From the NCBI GenBank assembly GCA_977030845.1, contig OZ365114.1, positions 22,072,001 to 22,136,000 of the forward strand: a stretch of 64,000 bases of DNA, written 5' to 3'. The notes beneath the pieces are model-generated. The model saw nothing but the letters and a program-made list of their open reading frames with translations. It ran no database searches and was not told the origin of the DNA. This document shows, in pieces, positions 52,657-64,000 of this stretch; the first letter of the stretch is position 1; each line of letters opens with the position of its first letter. Origin of the DNA: Fimbriosthenelais zetlandica. Its lineage: Eukaryota. The position numbers and the translations under genes were made by a program.

Positions 52657-55600
52657 TCAACCTGGGACACACTGGTTACTCTCAAGTCGGTTCCCTCGAC
52701 AGCAAGGTACTTGACACCGACCACGAAACCTGTCCCAGCTGAAGACAAGGTAAAACAGACTTATAGGTAACAATAAATGTAAAATAACTCATGCAATCTT
52801 AATCTAACTTAATCTAATCAAACTTAATCTATATAAACTTAATCTAAATGTTAAGGAACAATGTGTCAAATTGATTTACCCCGAGCAGGTCGATGATGTG
52901 CACTGAACAGAGTGACAGGGCTGCATTTCCTGTTCCCTGTGGGAAGAGTAAGTGATGTATTTAATTACCAAAATTATCATTACAAAATCAGTTATCATAA
53001 AGTCCACTACTTCTACAAGTATACTATATGTATACTCACGTCGACTGGAGGACTTGTCGACCACTTGGACTCGTGAGTACAGAGTAATAATCTCTTATGC
53101 TTTGTCCACATCCACCACACCGATGTCCTGAGCAGTCACTAAATTTGGACCAACCAGTTACTGTTCAACAACAAAAATGTCATACAACTCCGTTAAATCT
53201 CGGTTAGATCGGCTTGCTTCAAATTAGTAACTAGTTTGGTGTTTGTTAAAATATTCAGATGTTCAATGTATTTGTTCTCACCAGCACATCTTTTCTCTCC
53301 GGTCCGAGAGCTAACAGTGATGAGCCTGGCTCCAGGACAACATGTTAATCTGGCTGGTTCAACCCTTTGTTGCAAACATCGGAAGTAGGAAACCACCCTC
53401 CTACAAAATAAATTAAATACACTTTAAGGGTATGTCCAAAAAAGGAAAAGGTTATTTCGAAAATGGAATATTTTCTAATTCCCAGTGATGTATAAAGTTT
53501 GCAGTGTAATCTACCTCTCCCCTGAGGATGTTCTTCTGGTGACAGAACGCTGACATGTAGCATGGTAGGTGACCGTTATCCTCTCTAAACATGGCGTCTC
53601 CAAACACCCAGCATCCTGACCACAACCTCCACAATTACTGCTACCTAGAAATAATTATAATTTATAATGCGTAAATATAGATTCTTAATTATCATGATGA
53701 TAATTAACATATTATTAATCCATCGAACCTTTTAAAATTGATTCATAACATTGAGTATAGAGGAAGGATAGGGTATACTCACTTAAGTGGGTGTGAATAT
53801 TGCATGTTCTACCAGAAAACCCAGAGGGACATCTACATCTGTATGTAGAACTTAATGATTGACAGCTTCCACCGTTGAGGCAAGGGCTACTAGAGCAAGG
53901 GTCCGGTCCTTAAGAAAGAAAAATCAGATTAAATAAATTATAAATACGATAGGTGTTTCTAGGATTGATGGATTTAGAAATGTCAATGCATAAAATATAT
54001 GGATAGTTCTCACGTGAAGTCAGACCACAGGTATCGCCTCTATAACCCAGACCACAGGTACATGTGAAGGTTGTCCCTGATGCTGTGCAGGTTCCACCAT
54101 TATGACACGGACTACTAGAGCAAGCATCCCCTGTATACAAGAAACGTTATCAACATTTGCAATTTTCCATCTTACAATTGATCCCAATGTATATGAGTTA
54201 CTTGACCCGTTCAAGGTTTTATAAAATTAGATCCAATACTTTGCTGAAAAATACTGACTTGTTTGACATTGTTTCCCAGTGAACTCTGTTGGACAATGAC
54301 AGAAGAAATCAAGATTTCTACTGAAGCATATTCCACCATTCAAACATGGACGACTTCTGCATGGATCAGTCTCTGAAAGAGGTAACGACTAACTATATTT
54401 AGTGCGTATTCTATAAGGTACATCATTCTATTTTATTTGTGGAAAATTATGGGAATTATTTGAGGCGGAAATTTTGAGATGTATATTTATGGAGAAATAA
54501 TTCAGGGAATTACCTACCTAAACTACACGTGGTACCTTGGTATCCCGCGGTACAGGCACAGATAAAAAGGTTCCGGGAGTTGTAGCAAGTTCCTCCGTTA
54601 CGGCAAGGGTTGGCGGCACATGGATCTGGGGCTGCATAAGGAAAGTAGAGTTTGTCATTCAAGAGAATAAAAAAGAAAAGAGAATATAATGAAGAAATGA
54701 TATATTATGGTCCTTACTCTGACAAAGAATCCCTGAGAAGTTTGGTGCACACTGGCAGGTGAAGCTAGAACCATCCGCAGTACAAGTTGCACCATTCTGG
54801 CAAGGCTGGTTGGTACACTGGTCTGAGGCAGGAAAAAACACAATTCATGCACTTTTCACAACTTTTCACAACCTGGTTCCCAGTTGCCCAATTTCCAAGT
54901 TAAGTTTCTGTCATATATTTACCATTTTGACAATGTGTTCCTGCGAATCCTGGCTTGCAAGCACATTGGTAATTATCTCCAAAAGACAGGCAAGTGGCAC
55001 CATTTTGGCAGGGGTTCGAAGAGCATGGATTAGGTGGTGTCCCTGTAAAAAGGCATAACTGTAAGTGTCTAAAATGCATGCCATGGTGTAATAATTTTCT
55101 TTATGTATCCATTTGATTTGCTGGTACTCACTGATTTGACATCTGTCACCTTGGAAGTTTTCGGAACATGTACAACGATAACGTGTTGCAGCAATAGCAA
55201 CACATGTACCCCCATTTAAACACGACGAAGCATGGCAAGGATCAATGACTATAAAATAAACCATTGTTTTAATTCAATATGACAGCTAAAATATATGATA
55301 TCGATATCATATATTTTAGCTGTCAGGCCCTCTGTACCATTAACATTGGCAAAATCCATTGGCGTTGATAGAACTAAATAATCCGTTACTTGTCCAGGGA
55401 TTAAGTGTGTATAATTTTAAAACTTACTAATATCACAGTTTTTGCCACTATATCGTGCCTGGCACAGACAACTGTAACTTGTTCCATTTGGAATGCAGGT
55501 GCCTCCCCGTCTGCATAAGTTTGGAAGGCATGGAGTTACTGCAAACCAGAAGAAAGGCAGTTTCAACCGAAATTTCAAAAAGGCAAATAGATGAGTCTAA

Positions 55601-58600
55601 TAATAGCACTAATGTACAATAACCGGTTGATTTAAGGCTGGGTTCTACTTACCGTTTTCACACACAGTCCCAGAATATGCAGGTTCACACTTACATCCAA
55701 ATCTATTATCAGATTCATAACATGTTCCGTTATTTTGACAAGGAGATGAGTCGCATGGCCCTGTACCTTTAAAACAATCAAACATAAGCATCTATATTTC
55801 ATGTACCGTACGTACTTTTCAACAATTTATATACTTGGAACTGGATCTGTAATATAAGATGGTCAGTAAGACTTTGCTACTTACTGTCTTGGCATAAGGA
55901 GCCTGAATAGCCAGGCCTGCAATTACAAATGAAGTCAGATCCATCCACAACACAGGAACCATTATTCTGACATGGCGAGGAGACACATGCATCAATACCT
56001 ACACATGAAATAAGAAGCAAAGTCAGAATTATTTGTTTGTAAATGTGATCATTGCAGCTTCAGCAAAAGCTATCCATATTATCAGACACTGGATCTGAAC
56101 TTGCCTGTTTGGCAGAACGTGCCACTGAATGTTGGTGGACATACACAGCTCGGTGTGTCACCCGCTCTACACTGTCCACCATTCATGCAGGGATTTGATT
56201 CACAGAAAAGATCTGCGTCTGGAAATCAGATACAGTTAATGTAAGCAAAAGACACATAAAAAGAAACACCTCAGGTTATAAAGAGTTATGTACAAGATCA
56301 TAATTTTGACAACTGTTTCAAAATCCTTTCAGGTCGTTACTTGCCTTGGAAAAATTCCAATTTGAAACCAGCACGTCCCCGCCTTCTTGGCGAATCATCT
56401 AAAGCTTTGAATATCACAATCACGTCATCTACCTCTGAAACCAGTATCTCTTCTGGTCGAGAGAAACAGCAAAACCTAACAATCAAATGAGAATTCATTC
56501 AACACTATAGAAAAACAAACAATACAATTGTAGGATATCTGAAATCCGATACTATAATAGAGAAATGGAACGAGACAGCAATATGGCGGGAATAATGGCA
56601 CGATATCGTTTGTGCGGATGAATATGGGACGAACCGAAGGTGAGTCCCATATTCATCCGCACAAACGATGAGTGCCATTATTCCCGCCATATTGCTGTCG
56701 AGTTCCATTTCTATTTTATTATATGCGCTATTTAAATGAATACTTTATTCATTTTTACATCAAGACTTAGCTATTTTTTTGAGACTTGCCCTTTTTTTGA
56801 GACCTGCAAATTTTTTTTTTGAGACCTGCCCTTGTCAAGTCTTGGTTACCAATGTCAACAAGTCGCCCTCAACCATCGCCATCCACTCCACTCGCCCGTT
56901 AAACAATTGGCAGAATAACTCAGTAAAAGCTAGCTAGATATTTTTTAAACTTCACAGGCCGGTGTAAAAAGGTATGGGAAATTGTTTTTCTGCATTGGAT
57001 TTAGCAGCTTTGATACTAACACGACAAAATAATGACAAATAGGCGGGCGATATTAGGTGATCGCAACGTCCGATGCGGCGATATCGCTACTTTATGATTT
57101 TCACTCTTGAAAAACACGATGAAACACGATTGAAATTCACCTACCGTCCTTCATCATGCCATGACAGGGATAAGAAGGGCTGGCCTTTACACTGGACTCA
57201 TTGGTTTTAAGACTTTTTGATCAGAAAATATACTGATGGTCGAATTTGATTTTGGGTGCTGGGTAAAATTGATGCGTGAAGCCACTGTCACTGACATGTC
57301 ACTGCAGCTGCAGGGAGGCCTACGGCTACGGGCAGGCTATGTCTAGCCTCTAGGCCTATCTAGGCTGCATGGGGGTGCTCTATAGGCCTAACGTTTCTGT
57401 GATTTTTTTCATGTACAATAAATTTAGAGAGGAAAATGTATAATATCAATGTGCGGCATGCCTGGCCCTTGCCACGGCATGACTAGGCCTATGTCTGTGA
57501 CTGGGGCTAGGCTGCGTGGGGGCTAGGCCTACTCTGTGGTTTGTTTTTTCATGGAAAATGAATGTGAACGGGCAAATGTCATATATTTATCAGGATTTTA
57601 CATAGAAAGGCGTCAAAATTATTTTCTTTTTTGGTTTTTTGAAGGATAAAATCAATTTCGACCAATGTAAATTAAAGCCACATAAGAAAAAAATAGTTCC
57701 GGTCCGTATGGAACTCCCGTTCCATACGGAAAACCGTATGGCACCCCCCCATATGGCACTTTCAGATGGAATGCGCATATAATAAAGCTAAGTATATATC
57801 ATCCAATATGAACTATGAATTGTTATGGAATACTTTATATAGAAGACCTTGGTCCTAAGGTGGTGGCTCTCTCTCGGAATCTGATTTCAACCCAGTCATG
57901 GCAGGCCTGTCTTTCCTCATTACAGCCAACTCCAAAGTCACCACTAAATCTCATCTTGGTAGGTTTGCCAGGGCTACCCTGAAAAAGAATTAATTTACTT
58001 TACTTCTGTCTGCTCACTACTGACAGAAAGAGCAAATCCTAGGAGCTAAGACCTATGTACAAAGACAAAAGAAATAATCTTTTCGGTGCAAAACAGGTGA
58101 TATGTTCGAAATATTCCATTTGAAATAGTCCATTCTTCGCCTAAAACGGTTCCTTCACAACATTGTTCCTTCACCTACCTGGATCATCCATGCACAAAAT
58201 TGTGACTTGGGGTAACGATTATTATTTCCAAGACCATATCGTGGGGAAGTTATCGTTTGGATTGTTGTTGTAGCTATTTGGATTCCACCACAATCATCTG
58301 CAGACAGAAAATCACTTCAGTTTACATTGTGTTTCAACCTTCAAGGCAGATATTTAAAATGGTGTGGAAGTAATGGGGTAAATTATCATTACCTTGTCTT
58401 GGCTTCTCAAGCTCCTCACAATAATTACCCTGCCAACCGTCTGGACAAGTGCATGTCTTACAATCCAGCACATTCTGGTAACCTCCATGTAAGCAGGGCT
58501 GAGCCAGGCTGGTTCCATTACACTGGTCTACACATCAATTATATACAATCAGTAATAAACTTAGAGTTTTTGACACATCAAATTTATTTAGGCTAAAGTA

Positions 58601-60917
58601 AAGGTACCCAGTGTAGGCCTACCTTTGGAAGAATTATCATGTTTTATAATATCAAATCCAAACATTACCATCTTAAAGATTTAATAAAATGTAGTGCTAG
58701 ATATCTCACCTTGGCAGTAATTCTCATTAATGAGTTTAATATCGCCGAAGGAGATTTCGACCCTTTGTCCAATAGTCAATTGGAACAAGGGGTCCTTGGT
58801 AAGAACGGTTGGGCTTCCATCCCTCGAATATTGCTGTAAAATTGAGACATACGAATACGGCTTTTATCAAAGTGTTTCTTGATATTAATGATATTAATAC
58901 AATTATAAGTCATAATGGTTTCGAGAGGAAGGTTATTTATTCATAATGTAGCGTAGAAGACCTTACCCGGGAATGGTAGTGGAGTATGGAAGCATAGTCA
59001 TACCCTGTAGTGTTAGCTGAGACGACGTGATCAGACGAGATGACTATGAACTGACTTGGGTCTGTGACCTTGTCGTCTTTGATGGTGACAAAATCCTGAC
59101 TCCCAGACTGCTGATGTGGATGCCACATGCCCAGGAGGTGGGCTATCTCATGAGATAAGACCTTTTCCTAAATAGTAAGGAAAACTTCATCAAGATTTAA
59201 TATCAATATTGAGACTGGTAAACAGCAACCTGGAGATCAATCGTCGAATTTAGCAAAGTCAAATATCATGTAAAGACATTATCACATAGATATACTAACC
59301 TCAATGAAGCAGGAAGGATCAAGGTACACTTTCTGTGGTTGGACAGTAATTCGTCCAACAAATGAGGTGCAACTGTTAAAGAGAAAGTAGGCTTATAGAT
59401 CAATTCACTGTACATTTTTAATCGTTGATTTGCATTAAATTAGATTGTTACTTTATATCTTAATATTATGAGTCACTATCATTGTCTCCTTTACCCTGTG
59501 TCTTGAATAAACATCACATAAGCTCCATCAACCTCCTCCTCAATTCTCTGAAAACGGACGCAGGTTTTGGTTTCCCATTCATCAAGAGCTTGGAGGAGTA
59601 GGTTACGTTCTCTTTTACCTGCAACATGAAATATAGTATGCCGATTTAAATATTGCCATTGCAATAGGGAAATTATTATAATGTTCATAATGATATTAAT
59701 TTTAATGATTTCATAATGATGTGTTAATCAAGGTACCCAACTTACTGAACGTGGGATCCACCATGAATCGTATTGGAAAAGACCACTTAAACTGGTCATA
59801 ATCAGGCTTGTTGAAATCTATAATAGATCTTTTCTCTCGTTTCTTCTGGCCAGCTTTTATGATCATTTTCGCTTGAACCTTGTCGATCATAAGGTCACCA
59901 AAGCAGCAGGTTTCATTAACATTTGTGGCCTACAAAGGCATACAAAATAATAAATTGAAATTCGTCGAAGCGAGCAAGCAAGGATTAGTGCCCTCTAATT
60001 GGTCACAATTGATCAGCAACACAGAAAACGTTACTTCCTGGTGCGATCTCGTAAAATATGGCGGCCATCCAAGTTTATAGCAGTTGTTTTATTACGTTAG
60101 CTACGTAGGATTACGTAGGATATTGCATGTTATGGGCCCATATCTTTGGAGGGTACAGTTCTGATACCATGCAACAAATAAAGCCCCACTTAATGTAAGT
60201 GTTTTTATGACATGTTTTTTTATGTCATCAAATATTTGAGATGTGGACATCTACTTACACTAATATTACTTTGCTTCTTTAGGTTCACTTTAAATTCAAT
60301 GAACCCGTTGCAGTCATCAGGGCTCATAGCAGTGGTGCATTGATCCTTCGATATAGTAGCAGAAAAATGGATCTGAAAGCAAAGGGGAAAATCAATATCT
60401 GAATGAATCAATAGATCTGGGATAATTCCCCATCTACTTTAATAAGGACTAGGGCTAATCAGTCAATTTACTTTCAAGAGACAAGTATGAAAAGTACCTA
60501 GAAGATTCTAGACGTTGTATTAATAAACTTTATGACTTAATTTCTCAACTCATGATATATGACAGAGTAAACAGTGAATAACGTGTAGTTGACCTCTGAG
60601 AACATCTCTCTGCGTCACCTCATAATAACATGGAGAGTTATATACATTTACCTCCAAGTGATTCAAGTTTTATAACCCTGGGAGGTCGATTCTATATTAA
60701 TATTAATTTTAATGTAATAAGAGTCAGTTTTTATCAGTTTATTACCTTATTTCCTTCCATATATTGATTTTAAAATAATATATTGATTTTAATTAATACA
60801 AGTTCATGAGGTGCCAGATGACGGTTCAGAAAAGATCTATTTATATGAATGTCACATGCTTACCTCTTGAATGAATAATATAAATAGTGTAAGCAACATG
60901 CCTGACGGGTTCATCAT
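52657..60917 (-). CDS. Secreted astacin-family (M12A) metalloprotease-like protein: signal-pro-astacin-EGF-CUB-11xEGF-2xTSP1-like, 27 exons, ~1042 aa
   Basis: Hand-built exons (minus, in transcript order): 60864-60917, 60259-60372, 59746-59929, 59495-59618, 59300-59372, 58967-59167, 58710-58833, 58393-58527, 58179-58297, 57848-57978, 56345-56475, 56105-56218, 55885-55998, 55653-55766, 55428-55538, 55132-55248, 54923-55042, 54718-54822, 54518-54631, 54259-54372, 54014-54130, 53783-53908, 53515-53644, 53282-53364, 53040-53160, 52880-52936, 52657-52738; total 3129 nt, open throughout. Motifs: MMNPSGMLLTLFILFIQE signal, FGDLM pro-motif, REKR furin site, WETKTCVRF, GCTSFVGR, HEIAHLLGMWH, YDYASILHY, IGQRVEISFGDIKLIN, CLHGGY..DC..C.CP.GW.G..C, CUB (CGG..ITSPRY..CAWMI..CHDWVEI..RFC..GFK). 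The first two exons are the least certain. Confidence 0.9.
55280..55325. repeat. Perfect 46-bp palindrome (no loop) in an astacin-gene intron
   Basis: tgacagctaaaatatatgatatc|gatatcatatattttagctgtca is its own reverse complement. Confidence 0.95.
56553..56723. mobile_element. ~170-bp fold-back (hairpin) MITE-like element in an astacin-gene intron
   Basis: Arms agaaatggaacgagacagcaatatggcgggaataatggcac...gatgaatatgggac and their near-perfect complement around loop gaaccgaaggtga; AT-rich ends, TSD not resolved. Confidence 0.75.
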
Positions 60918-62373
60918 ACTGCCTTAGGTTATAAATGACTCGTGTGACTTAATCCAGGAAATTTATATAATACAATATCTTAGTCCTGGCTCATACAATC
61001 GCCGATATATTGATATATTGTTACTTTTTATCAAGAAGAATTGGTGCTTCCTTAAGAACTTTCAACATCAGCCTGACTAACCACATGTGGGTTGAGCAGG
61101 TAGGTAACGTAACTGGGGTGAAACCGATTTGGTTCTATTCGGAAAATGATGTAAAATTAAAGATACGTATCATGACATTCAATAGCCTCTTAAATTCTTT
61201 TATACCATGCATACGCTCTTGGCTGACAGTTGAACGCAGATTTAACCGATCTGTTTTTGAAGACCGGGAGGGTAATGAAAGAGAAGTATTTACGATGAAT
61301 GTATCAAAATTAAAGGGATATCAGGAAAGTGTAAAAATTATATATATTGCAGGCTACAGTTGCTGAACGAATGCCACCAAATACCCTTCCCTTTTCACAG
61401 ATGACCTGGTATCTAAGACACGCCTGTGCAGTATTCATGTAGTCTCGGGAAACTATATTATGATTCAACAAGCATCATGCATGGATAGGATACCCAGTCT
61501 ACAAGGGCAGGAGGGTCGGGGGGGGGGGGGGGCAGGTCCTGGGGTTCGGAGATCCCCACCCCGCACCGACTTCTTTTGTCGGTTTATACTAGCTTTCAGA
61601 ACCTCCTCATGCACTTTTTTTTTTGATTTTGAAGTTCCTTCCAAACAATACAGCTTTATTGTTTATAACTTTGTCATTTAAATTCCTTTTAGTACTATAA
61701 ACGATTTTATGATAGTCTTATCACAAAGGGCTTTATGGCATTTTCAGAAAACCAAACATAAAAAAAGGAAAATGTCATATGCACCAACTTTTTGGATAGA
61801 TAAAACACTTTTATGGTCCTCTCTGTATTCCTAATCCCCAGTGCCAAAACAAAAAGAAATAATAAAGAATAGGACATATCGGGGACTGTTAAATAAAAAT
61901 AAAATACCCACATCAGCCAAGGCCAGGTCTGATGGATTGTTTTCTAAATTATAAAACAATCCCCGTAGAAAGAGATACAGGAAATTGGTGCTGGCTATGT
62001 TATTGCGGATGTTATTGTTGCTATTATAATCCAACATGTTTGTTTGTACGGATTTTATGCTCAAATGAGCCTGCTTTATAAGTCATTACACCTAAACCTG
62101 CCTATTATAAGAGGCTCTGGCTAAAGCCCAGGTATATTACTAAACGCGTTAAGACTTGATCCCACATTCTCGCTGAGGAAGTCCCACAGCCTTGGTGTTA
62201 GTTTTGAAAAGACAGTCAACTCGTTGAGTCACATTTGGAAGAAACATTGATAAGGAGGTGAGAGTCACTGATATTTTTCTTTAAATGACTATTATAGAAT
62301 TTTAAGATCTACTCTAATAATAATAATGTAGGCATACGCTAACTTGTTGGGATTCCATTTCTTGCAGAGCAAG

Positions 62374-63316
62374 ATGCGGCACACTATGGTCAGTGCTTTA
62401 TTAATTTTGGTTATTCTATCGTTGACTGAGTATACACGAGCGGAACCGGTGTGCTCTTCAGGTCTGTAGCAAGTTCATTATACATGTTAATTGTGGGACC
62501 ATATAGTTTTCAACTCTAGTTTATAGATGCATGCTACGGTGAGAATTGTAATGAATCTACTGTCTGAAATCATTTTCTTTCTATTCAATCAGTTTGCAGA
62601 GAGGATGATCAATTCCAGTGTGATGAATGTTCGTGCGTTCCCATCGATTACAAATGTGATAACGAAAAGGATTGTTCAGACAACTCAGATGAGAAATACT
62701 GTCCCAACAAGAGGTTAGTGGGTGGGTAGGATTTTACACCTACACCATCTACAAACAACTAGAAGTGAAGTTTTCCAACTAAACATTTCTACTTGATTTT
62801 GCTCGCCTCACCAACTCATATACTACTAATAGGCCTAATAAATCTAACATCAAAATAATCACATTATTAAATTAGTTCTTCGGAATGATTCAGGCACACA
62901 AAAATTATTGGAAAATTCCTTATCTAATGATTAAAATTTAACAGATTTGTACATCTATAATGCTATAATATTTGCTCATATATCCTCCTAGGTAAGAAGG
63001 ATAGTCGCAAAAGGGAAAGAATCATAGACCTACTTCTGGAGCTTTTTGAAGATAAACACAGCAGGGTAAGCGCTAAAAATACATTTAAAATACCGGTAGG
63101 ATAAAACTACACTTCTGAACCTATATCCAGTGTCCTTGGACAAAAACATAAAGGCATTTTTATGGTGAAATTATAGTCTTTAAAAGTTTTCTAAAACGAA
63201 TTTACATTTCAACAATAACATTCCATTTTTCAGAGGACGAAATGATGAAACGGTGTGTGAAGGCTATGAAGAGAGCAAAGGGGAGAAGGACAAGACATGC
63301 GGGACATGAAGTCTGA
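62374..63316 (+). CDS. Small secreted LDL-receptor class A domain protein (3' exons uncertain)
   Basis: Exon 62374-62461 signal peptide [29 protein letters not shown]; exon 62593-~62721 [37 protein letters not shown] (LDLa with acidic Ca-binding DCSDNSDE); probable exon 62992-63065 [25 protein letters not shown]; last exon starts at 63234 or 63236 with the frame unresolved. Confidence 0.7.
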
Positions 63317-64000
63317 CAAGCTCGCTACACTATCATAGATCGCTACTTGCTACTATAGACTAGTTCTTCTGATCGACTGACTAGCAAAATGGATCATTTT
63401 GCTTTTACAATTTCCTCTTTTAAATTTCAAACGCACTTTTATCTTTTTAGGGTACATTCTATTCTATGCTTTGTGCAATAAAATAAAGAATTACCTTTGG
63501 GTTTTAAATCTTATTTCTTCATTTTGGAATAGCCCTAAAGACTAGAAAACTCTTTTGGAATTGATCTGACAAAAAAAAATATTGAACACACATTCCCGCC
63601 TCCCGATGCATTGGAGGGGCCCCGTCTCTCTCGGACCCCGTCCTATTCACTCCCGGGGCATAGCACCTAAGATTATTAGGTCTACAGGTGTGTCTACCTG
63701 GCGAGTAAAGATGGCAATACTTTCCACCCGTTACAACATCCATCGTTGATCACTTTTGCCTTTTTCTCCCAACCCCATGGCTTCCTCCGACAATCAAGGT
63801 AACTGCCGGGTTCACTATTCCTAAAATAATGAATTTATTGCTGCAGTACAGATATTTCATAGGATCTACTATTGCAGCAGGTGAGACAAGTTCATCAGCA
63901 TTGTATTATTGTTAAATCATTGAACCATAAGAGTTGTCATTTGCACATTTCCAACCAGGAAGCTAATATAACCTATAAATTATTGTCTATAGAGTAGACT

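Noticed and set aside
54759-60080. Plus-strand track ORFs 54759..55058, 58327..58596, 58639..58839 and 59880..60080
   Set aside because: Antisense shadows of the astacin-gene exons.
61010-61366. 118-aa plus-strand ORF in the divergent spacer
   Set aside because: No recognisable domain or splice support, starts at a non-ATG codon, AT-rich; treated as chance.
62527-62718. Track [11 protein letters not shown]...
   Set aside because: Wrong-frame reading over the LDLa exon.

Overview
Eukaryotic (animal, AT-rich, intron-rich; probably a marine invertebrate, taxon not determinable here) genomic DNA. No prokaryotic operons, CRISPR arrays, rRNA or tRNA genes were seen. All exon models were built by hand from splice signals, phase consistency and recognisable domains. 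Left edge (1-2.8 kb, minus): exons of a CUB-domain gene plus further exons running off the window. About 3.2-47 kb: no intact gene; scattered MITEs, microsatellites, one LINE RT relic and many stop/frameshift-riddled protein-like reading frames (mostly minus strand), including a decayed ~1.25 kb ORF and a pair of decayed paralogous segments; origin unresolved. 47.6-52.3 kb (plus): tandem array of three GT32 (SUR1/OCH1-type, DxD) glycosyltransferase copies: one truncated, two with complete ORFs, mosaic in sequence identity. 52.7-60.9 kb (minus): a 27-exon, ~1042-aa secreted astacin-family protein (signal-pro-astacin-EGF-CUB-11xEGF-2xTSP1-like) with a non-canonical zinc-motif/Met-turn and two consecutive GC-AG introns. 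62.4-63.3 kb (plus): small secreted LDL-receptor class A domain protein, head-to-head with the astacin gene.
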